Shown here piece by piece: positions 1-5,953 of a DNA stretch of 19,778 nucleotides. The stretch covers positions 1 to 19,778 of IMG/VR virus record IMGVR_UViG_3300028988_000065; one strand, 5' to 3'. The stretch is from a virus. Its lineage: Duplodnaviria; Heunggongvirae; Uroviricota; Caudoviricetes. The first letter of the stretch is position 1; the number at the start of each line of letters is the position of its first letter. The notes beneath the pieces were generated by a model that saw nothing but the letters and a program-made list of their open reading frames with translations, was not told the origin of the DNA and did not search any database. The translations under genes were made by a program, and so were the position numbers.

Positions 1-216
1 TTATTCACCTCTCGCAGCCTTGCGCTTATCTTCTTTAATCTTGAAATAAAGGTTTGTCAGGTACGTCAGCAGGCCAAATACCAGACTACCCAGCACACCG
101 ATTGCAGCCCACTGTGACGGAGTTACTCTATCGAGCAACTGTAAAAACCAGTAGCCAGCACTGCCTGCGGAGGTGCCGTAGGCAATGCCTGTTGAAATTT
201 TGTCCATGGATTTCAT
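1..216 (-). CDS. Class II holin (pinholin), phage 21 S21-type, 71 aa with dual start MKSMDK
   Basis: Translation [71 protein letters not shown] is near-identical to S21 as I recall it. Two in-frame ATGs (216 and 207) give the antiholin/holin pair. GGAGGTGA RBS lies at 221-228 (- strand). The track ORF extends to a GTG at 273, but the ATG at 216 with its RBS is preferred. Confidence 0.9.
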   Translation of the reverse strand: MKSMDKISTGIAYGTSAGSAGYWFLQLLDRVTPSQWAAIGVLGSLVFGLLTYLTNLYFKIKEDKRKAARGE

Positions 217-319
217 AGCCTCACCTCCGCACGGAACGGATGGCATAGTTATTATGTGTAGGCTTTCAGACACATCAATCAGAGCCTTAATTGATATATA
301 TGCTGGAGACGATGCAATA

Positions 320-342
320 TAAAAAGCTCGCCGTAGCGAGCT
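320..342 (-). terminator. Rho-independent terminator closing the lipoprotein cassette
   Basis: Stem 325-331/336-342 (AGCTCGC / GCGAGCT) with loop CGTA, followed on the - strand by UUUUAUAUU. It lies about 125 nt downstream of the 468..863 CDS. Confidence 0.5.
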
Positions 343-467
343 AATAAAATGTATTTCTCTGATATTATGTTTATTTGTATTAGCTCAGACTTGACATCAC
401 AGGTTTCGTATATAGAACATCATCAAATCTGTCAGTTTGCTATGAATGAGATATAGTAATTGAAGAG

Positions 468-863
468 CTAACCTCGCATGTCAAAGCCAGATTTCTGAAA
501 ATCTCTGTAGACTTCCGGATTGTTGAAGGCCGGAAATTTGGCTTTATGAGCTGCGGACTTTATCGCTTCGCAATAGGCTTTATCACCGTTACTGGTAGAT
601 ATTTTTAACGCCGTGCCATCCTGAGAGAATTCCATATGCAACCTGCATTTTTTCCCTTTCCAGTTATGCGGCTCATCAAGTTTGGCATTAATTGCAGCTC
701 TGATTCCCCGCGCTTGCGCCCCCCATTCATCCTGATCATCCCAGCGTCCTGAACTGCAACTACCTGTAGCAGTAGTTTTGTGGCAATCTGAAGGGTGTAA
801 AGGTGTGCATCCCGCAACAAAACCGACCCAAAAAGTCAACATAACGATTTTCTTTAATCCCAC
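468..863 (-). CDS. Lipoprotein with TolA C-terminal domain (domain III)-like region, 131 aa; paralog of 1014..1442
   Basis: GTG start preceded by GAGGAG RBS. N-terminus MGLKKIVMLTFWVGFVAGC is a lipoprotein signal peptide with lipobox VAGC. C-terminal part (KKCRLHMEF...DGTALKI...YCEAIKSAAHKAKFPAFNNPEVYRDFQ) parallels TolA domain III (GKTCTLRIKLAPDGMLLDI...LCQAALAAAKLAKIPKPPSQAVYEVFK), recalled from memory. Confidence 0.75.
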   Translation of the reverse strand: MGLKKIVMLTFWVGFVAGCTPLHPSDCHKTTATGSCSSGRWDDQDEWGAQARGIRAAINAKLDEPHNWKGKKCRLHMEFSQDGTALKISTSNGDKAYCEAIKSAAHKAKFPAFNNPEVYRDFQKSGFDMRG

Positions 864-1013
864 TTCTTGCTCCTCAATCCATTAAAATCTCAGCAATAGT
901 AGTTGTTACGTCCGCCACTGGCTCAGAGCTGACTATCCGCTAAATTTAGCTCAGTGCCGTAGCTGTGTCAGAACAAACCTAAGCCGAAACCGTTTATTAC
1001 AAAACAATAAATA

Positions 1014-1442
1014 TCAGGGTTTAAAATCCAGCACCCCATTTTGAAATACTTTATATACTTCCGGCGAAGGGGGGGCAGGTATATCAGCATTCTTTATCGC
1101 ATTCATCGCTTCACGACATAAATCGAGGTCTCCACTTTCTCTTTTAACCTCCAGTAGAAGGCCATTCGGGGCCATATGCATTCTCAGTGTACACTCTTTT
1201 CCTGAATACTTACTCGCATCCCCGAACTGTTTTTCGATGGCGCTCTTGATTTGATGGGCATACAGACGGATATCCTCACTAACATCAGAAGTACGTTCAG
1301 ATGAACTCACATACTGTGTCTCTATTGCTTTATCGGAGTAATATGATGTACGGTCATGATAATTTGTCGATACAGCATCAGTGCACCCGATAATAATCCC
1401 ACTAATAATCAACGTAAGAATTGATGCGCTACGAAAACCCAT
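1014..1442 (-). CDS. Lipoprotein with TolA C-terminal domain (domain III)-like region, 142 aa
   Basis: ATG at 1442 with GAGGA RBS. Signal peptide MGFRSASILTLIISGIIIGC has lipobox IIGC. C-terminal 80 aa (YAHQIKSAIEKQFGDASKYSGKECTLRMHMAPNGLLLEVKRESGDLDLCREAMNAIKNADIPAPPSPEVYKVFQNGVLDFKP) is closely similar to the E. coli TolA C-terminus (YAGQIKSAIESKFYDASSYAGKTCTLRIKLAPDGMLLDIKPEGGDPALCQAALAAAKLAKIPKPPSQAVYEVFKNAPLDFKP), including both Cys. Confidence 0.8.
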   Translation of the reverse strand: MGFRSASILTLIISGIIIGCTDAVSTNYHDRTSYYSDKAIETQYVSSSERTSDVSEDIRLYAHQIKSAIEKQFGDASKYSGKECTLRMHMAPNGLLLEVKRESGDLDLCREAMNAIKNADIPAPPSPEVYKVFQNGVLDFKP

Positions 1443-1471
1443 TTTTCCTCACATATGTCATATAGTAAAGG

Positions 1472-1501
1472 ATTATATATACCGTTGTTTTGGACGCTCA
1501 A
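1472..1501 (-). promoter_or_regulatory. Candidate sigma70 promoter for the TolA-like lipoprotein cassette
   Basis: On the - strand: -35 TTGAGC (plus 1496-1501), 18-bp spacer, -10 TATAAT (plus 1472-1477), about 30 nt upstream of the ATG at 1442. Confidence 0.45.
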
Positions 1502-2379
1502 ACAGCGAATCAGATCAAATAAAACGCACATTTGTTAACATTTACACAAAGTCTGCGTGGGATATTCTGAAAGAATATCCATAATGTGGAGAGAATCTAT
1601 TGAAGTGCATGGTGCCGGGTGCCTCCCGGTGAACAAAATGTTCGTGATACCTGTCGGCGACAGAAAAGGTTAATGGTATCACCCCACCGCACAGGGGGAT
1701 TCACCATGCAGGAGTTTTCTTAGCAAACTCACTGCGCGCCCGGCAACTCCCAACCACATAAAATGCGGAGTTTGTGGCATTTATGCATATAACTCGCAGG
1801 AATTATCTTAAAAAACTGATGTCGATCCGGATTAAAAAGAAGCAGGTCATCATCAGATGACTGGAAAAAAGGAAAACAAAAAATACTCATCATACAGTTT
1901 TGATTGCAGGGATGAGCCTGCTATGCACAATATGCAGAATATAAGCAAGATAAAAATATGCAGGCATATTATTTCGGATTTTGTTATTAACACAACCTTT
2001 TTAATAATCATTTGGCATACAATAAACCAGCCCAGAAAGAACCGCCTAAACAGGCGGTTGGTCAATACAAAGGATGCTTCGTCTTTATTATAGTAATCTG
2101 AGGCGTCGGGTGTCTTGTATCAGACAACATATTGTCCCGCTAAACAGCGAATTACAAACCACCCTGCAATGATCTCTCATCTCATTTTATATGAGTTGAC
2201 GACATCAGGATAACGCATCATCAGCCCCTGCCAAGAAATATCAAAACTCCCGCCAGCAATGTGTTATCACAATATTGTAAAAAAAACACAGCACCGAAAC
2301 TATAACTGGTCTCTGTTATAATTTGGAGCAGAAAGACCAGTTGCCCAACTAGCAGCATTCTCCCCTGCTTTCCTGACGT

Positions 2380-2407
2380 AAAAAAAACCGCATTAAGCGG
2401 TTTTTTT
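2380..2407 (-). terminator. Bidirectional intrinsic terminator; candidate tR' downstream of Q
   Basis: A8-CCGC-ATTAA-GCGG-T7 perfect hairpin with U-tracts on both strands, about 80 nt downstream of the Q stop on the - strand. Confidence 0.6.
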
Positions 2408-2462
2408 ACGATGTCCATGTCTGCAATCCGCCTCGCGATACAGCTTTGCGAAGCATAGCAAA

Positions 2463-2491
2463 ATTGAAGCAGTTTATACGTAAGAAATCAA
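2463..2491 (-). promoter_or_regulatory. Candidate late promoter PR' overlapping the 3' end of Q (weak match)
   Basis: On the - strand: TTGATT (plus 2486-2491), 17 bp, TTCAAT (plus 2463-2468). The position between Q and the hairpin fits the lambdoid PR'-qut-tR' layout, but the hexamers are poor. Confidence 0.25.
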
Positions 2492-3030
2492 GCCATTTTC
2501 TCAGCAAATGATTCACGCATGGGAATATATAGGGCATACTCAGCAACAGCTAACCAATTAGCAATCCGTTTTTCGCATGTGCTAAAACACCACTCTGGGT
2601 GTGCATCATTTAGCAATTCAGCCATTTTGCGCTTAGTCATCCCCCGCCCTTCATAGCGTTGCCGGAGAATGCAAATCAATCCTGGATGCTCTGCCAGCAC
2701 CTCACTTATGACTCGATCAATACATAACGCCTCTGCATCAGTACAATGCGCCAGCCAGCTCTTTTGCTTGCCGTTGATCATCTCTCGCAAAAACGCTTCC
2801 AGCTCAGCTTTCTCTATTCCCGCTTTTTTCATTCTGCGCAGGGCTTCATTAATGGCTGTTTTCGTCAGTTTTTTGGATGCCAACAACTGATTGAACATAT
2901 TCCCTGACCTGCCACCGCCAATATACGACCAGCGCCCCCACATACGTAGTTTTCCCTGAATCCAGACACTTTCCAGCGTGGTGAGGCGAAGGTGTTCTCC
3001 GCTTTTTCCTGTATTCGTTGGGTAAATCAT
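2488..3030 (-). CDS. Putative late-gene antiterminator Q (QuuD/Qin-type family), 180 aa
   Basis: Sits immediately upstream of the terminator/holin region. The W-x-R-W motif region (LRMWGRWSY) resembles LERWGAW of DLP12 QuuD as I recall it. Its ATG overlaps the stop of the upstream gene (ATGA), suggesting translational coupling. Confidence 0.6.
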   Translation of the reverse strand: MIYPTNTGKSGEHLRLTTLESVWIQGKLRMWGRWSYIGGGRSGNMFNQLLASKKLTKTAINEALRRMKKAGIEKAELEAFLREMINGKQKSWLAHCTDAEALCIDRVISEVLAEHPGLICILRQRYEGRGMTKRKMAELLNDAHPEWCFSTCEKRIANWLAVAEYALYIPMRESFAEKMA

Positions 3031-3317
3031 AAATGACCTTTCTTTCTCCAGATTTCTTGTGTGCGAAAAACCCCTTCAGCATGCATCAGGCGCAATTCTT
3101 CTTTGGTGTAATCGCTGGTTTTTACCCGCCCGTCGATTAGATCGTGGCATGAGCTACAGGCTATCGCCGCCTGCATATCGTGTGGTTTTGTCGCTGTTCC
3201 GCACGTCCCCGCCAGCCTGTAATGCGCCAGCACAGAGGTTTCGGGATTGTGATTGCAGTAGCCAGGGATTCTGATCTGGCACATCTGGCCTTTAGCCGCT
3301 TTACGTAAATTCACCAT
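3027..3317 (-). CDS. YbcO-like nin-region protein (DUF1364, putative Zn-binding nuclease), 96 aa
   Basis: MVNLRKAAKGQMCQIRIPGYCNHNPETSVLAHYRLAGTCGTATKPHDMQAAIACSSCHDLIDGR matches the conserved pattern of DLP12 YbcO (LRKAARG..C..RIPG.CN.NPETSVLAH.RL.G.CG..KP.D...IACS.CHD.ID), recalled from memory. Confidence 0.75.
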   Translation of the reverse strand: MVNLRKAAKGQMCQIRIPGYCNHNPETSVLAHYRLAGTCGTATKPHDMQAAIACSSCHDLIDGRVKTSDYTKEELRLMHAEGVFRTQEIWRKKGHL

Positions 3318-3916
3318 TACGCAAACTCCAGTAGTTGTGCGGCCACATTTTCAACTTCCTCCTGAGAGGAGAATTTACGGAACAGAATCCAGTTCCACAG
3401 CACATTCAGTACAGATTTATAAACCTGCTGAAACTCGACTTCGTCCATATTCGCAAAAGCGATGGATTTTGCCCGACGCCCACGGCTACCGTCCGGATAA
3501 ATATGCTCGGTGTAAAATCCGGCCTGAATGGTTACCCACTCGCGGAAAGCCTCAAACGACTTTAGCAACGCCGTATCCCGGGTTCTACGAGTCGCAACGG
3601 TGTTAAGGTATTGCTCTGCGGCATCACTCAGGGCTGGCGTGTGTTCCCGACCAACTGATTCGCACAGGTAATCAACGAAACCAGACAGCAGTTCTCGTTC
3701 GCGAGGCGTGATCGCCCCACCGACCGGAGTCCAGTAATCGAATCCCAGTTGCAGGAGTTTGAAAAAACGCTTGTGGAATGCGTAGTTACGCACACGCTTA
3801 AAGTCTGCGTGTATCCACTCACCTATTTTGATTTGATGCAGAAAATCGCAACTCTCCGGCGTCGCCGGGAGAAGTAAACCAGAAGAAGTTTGTTTGACCA
3901 GTTGTATATGCGCCAT
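3317..3916 (-). CDS. Conserved lambdoid nin-region protein, DUF1367-like (family assignment tentative), 199 aa
   Basis: Long ORF, with its stop overlapping the start of the next gene (TAATG). Size and position match the roughly 200-aa phage DUF1367 family; the assignment is from memory only. Confidence 0.6.
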   Translation of the reverse strand: MAHIQLVKQTSSGLLLPATPESCDFLHQIKIGEWIHADFKRVRNYAFHKRFFKLLQLGFDYWTPVGGAITPRERELLSGFVDYLCESVGREHTPALSDAAEQYLNTVATRRTRDTALLKSFEAFREWVTIQAGFYTEHIYPDGSRGRRAKSIAFANMDEVEFQQVYKSVLNVLWNWILFRKFSSQEEVENVAAQLLEFA

Positions 3917-4189
3917 TTCTCAATCTCTCGATGGCGCAGTGCAGCAGATGCCAGTTGTTCAGGCTGACGTATAAAGTATAAATAAACTGGTTCCAGTGTA
4001 AAGCCCCCACCTTAATGGAATAAAAACCAAACAACAGATTGCTGGGATACAAACAACGCTTATTATTAAAAGCGGTTAAACAAATTAAATTTTAATGTTA
4101 TGCAAATTTGTCAGATCACCATAATATCTCATTTGAAAACCGCTGAAATAACAACCCTATCAGGGTTAATCATATTAAGGTGAGTAAAT

Positions 4190-4276
4190 ATGGAAAACAA
4201 CAAATCTGCACATTACGTTCCTTTTTTATCTGTAATACTTTTTGTTTTATGCTGTGCGTGGGCATTATTTTTATAA
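4190..4276 (+). CDS. Possible 28-aa hydrophobic single-TM peptide (MENNKSAHYVPFLSVILFVLCCAWALFL)
   Basis: ATG preceded by AAGGTGAG RBS at 6-nt spacing. Polar N-terminus followed by a 19-residue hydrophobic stretch. Lies on the opposite strand to its neighbours in AT-rich cargo DNA. It is below the ORF-track size cutoff and I found no recognisable promoter. Confidence 0.3.
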   Translation: MENNKSAHYVPFLSVILFVLCCAWALFL

Positions 4277-4357
4277 AAATATTTACAGATGAAGTAAACC
4301 CGCCAATCAGGTTAACTGTGGCTGCGTTGAGGATGCATAATACATCAGAGGTTGCGG

Positions 4358-4367
4358 GGATTTCTCC
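4358..4367. repeat. Target-site duplication (left copy) of the IS186 insertion, GGATTTCTCC
   Basis: The same 10 bp recurs at 5707-5716, directly abutting the IS terminal inverted repeats. Confidence 0.8.
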
Positions 4368-5706
4368 CATAAGCGCTAACTTAAGGGTTGTGGTATTACG
4401 CCTGATATGATTTAACGTGCCGATGAATTACTCTCACGATAACTGGTCAGCAATTCTGGCCCATATTGGTAAGCCCGAAGAACTGGATACTTCGGCACGT
4501 AATGCCGGGGCTCTAACCCGCCGCCGCGAAATTCGTGATGCTGCAACTCTGCTACGTCTGGGGCTGGCTTACGGCCCCGGGGGGATGTCATTACGTGAAG
4601 TCACTGCATGGGCTCAGCTCCATGACGTTGCAACATTATCTGACGTGGCTCTCCTGAAGCGGCTGCGGAATGCCGCCGACTGGTTTGGCATACTTGCCGC
4701 ACAAACACTTGCTGTACGCGCCGCAGTTACGGGTTGTACAAGCGGAAAGAGATTGCGTCTTGTCGATGGAACAGCAATCAGTGCGCCCGGGGGCGGCAGC
4801 GCTGAATGGCGACTACATATGGGATATGATCCTCATACCTGTCAGTTCACTGATTTTGAGCTAACCGACAGCAGAGACGCTGAACGGCTGGACCGATTTG
4901 CGCAAACGGCAGACGAGATACGCATTGCTGACCGGGGATTCGGTTCGCGTCCCGAATGTATCCGCTCACTTGCTTTTGGAGAAGCTGATTATATCGTCCG
5001 GGTTCACTGGCGAGGATTGCGCTGGTTAACTGCAGAAGGAATGCGCTTTGACATGATGGGTTTTCTGCGCGGGCTGGATTGCGGTAAGAACGGTGAAACC
5101 ACTGTAATGATAGGCAATTCAGGTAATAAAAAAGCCGGAGCTCCCTTTCCGGCACGTCTCATTGCCGTATCACTTCCTCCCGAAAAAGCATTAATCAGTA
5201 AAACCCGACTGCTCAGCGAGAATCGTCGAAAAGGACGAGTAGTTCAGGCGGAAACGCTGGAAGCAGCGGGCCATGTGCTATTGCTAACATCATTACCGGA
5301 AGATGAATATTCAGCAGAGCAAGTGGCTGATTGTTACCGTCTGCGATGGCAAATTGAACTGGCTTTTAAGCGGCTCAAAAGTTTGCTGCACCTGGATGCT
5401 TTGCGTGCAAAGGAACCTGAACTCGCGAAAGCGTGGATATTTGCTAATCTACTCGCCGCATTTTTAATTGACGACATAATCCAGCCATCGCTGGATTTCC
5501 CCCCCAGAAGTGCCGGATCCGAAAAGAAGAACTAACTCGTTGTGGAGAATAACAAAAATGGTCATCTGGAGCTTACAGGTGGCCATTCGTGGGACAGTAT
5601 CCCTGACAGCCTACAAAACGCAATTGAAGAACGCGAGGCATCGTCTTAACGAGGCACCGAGGCGTCGCATTCTTCAGATGGTTCAACCCTTAAGTTAGCG
5701 CTTATG
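4368..5706 (+). mobile_element. IS186 (IS4 family) insertion sequence, about 1.34 kb, apparently intact
   Basis: Terminal inverted repeats CATAAGCGCTAACTTAAGGGTTG (4368-4390) and its reverse complement (5684-5706). Single transposase ORF. Flanked by a 10-bp direct repeat. Confidence 0.9.
4423..5535 (+). CDS. insL: IS186 transposase (DDE, IS4 family), 370 aa
   Basis: Translation MNYSHDNWSAILAHIGKPEELDTSARNAG...YRLRWQIELAFKRLKS matches IS186 InsL as I recall it, including the IS4-family Y-R-E-K signature region. Confidence 0.9.
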   Translation: MNYSHDNWSAILAHIGKPEELDTSARNAGALTRRREIRDAATLLRLGLAYGPGGMSLREVTAWAQLHDVATLSDVALLKRLRNAADWFGILAAQTLAVRAAVTGCTSGKRLRLVDGTAISAPGGGSAEWRLHMGYDPHTCQFTDFELTDSRDAERLDRFAQTADEIRIADRGFGSRPECIRSLAFGEADYIVRVHWRGLRWLTAEGMRFDMMGFLRGLDCGKNGETTVMIGNSGNKKAGAPFPARLIAVSLPPEKALISKTRLLSENRRKGRVVQAETLEAAGHVLLLTSLPEDEYSAEQVADCYRLRWQIELAFKRLKSLLHLDALRAKEPELAKAWIFANLLAAFLIDDIIQPSLDFPPRSAGSEKKN

Positions 5707-5716
5707 GGATTTCTCC
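5707..5716. repeat. Target-site duplication (right copy) of the IS186 insertion
   Basis: GGATTTCTCC, identical to 4358-4367. Confidence 0.8.
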
Positions 5717-5912
5717 CCGCTGGTCCTCTTACTCCCCAAGTTCGTAAGCTGTGAAGACAGCGACCTCCGTCTGGTCGGTTCGGATTCGTACCTCGCAGAG
5801 GTCTTTCCTTGCAACCTGCACCGTCATAATAACGGTAAATGTTGAATCGTTCGTAAATTAATCTATACAGATTATTATATAGCTCTCATTACGATTTTGA
5901 TTACTCTCACTT

Positions 5913-5944
5913 AAAAATACCGAAAGATACATGATCTTTCGGTA
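5913..5944 (-). terminator. Rho-independent terminator of the NTPase-nuclease gene
   Basis: 11-bp perfect stem TACCGAAAGAT / ATCTTTCGGTA (5918-5928 / 5934-5944) with loop ACATG, followed on the - strand by UUUUU. It starts 9 nt after the stop codon at 5954-5956. Confidence 0.7.
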
Positions 5945-5953
5945 AAGATTGAA

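Noticed and set aside
1853-2093. Overlapping ORFs on both strands (70 and 78 aa) in the AT-rich Q-S spacer
   Set aside because: Low-complexity AT-rich sequence, TTG or weak starts, no RBS, and mutual overlap. More likely non-coding.
3819-4052. - strand ORF of 77 aa overlapping the start of the DUF1367-like gene
   Set aside because: It overlaps a well-supported gene in another frame and has no RBS.
4180-4410. Track ORF of 76 aa (GTG start) running from cargo DNA into the IS186 inverted repeat
   Set aside because: The frame crosses the IS insertion junction, so its 3' part was created by the insertion. Only the separate 28-aa frame at 4190-4276 was kept as a low-confidence feature.
5717-5830. 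GC-rich stretch right of IS186, examined as a possible tRNA or tRNA fragment (GGTTCGGATTCG resembles a T-arm)
   Set aside because: No acceptor stem or anticodon arm can be drawn and there is no CCA-proximal pairing, so it is not a tRNA. The only ORF there (32 aa, - strand) lacks an RBS.
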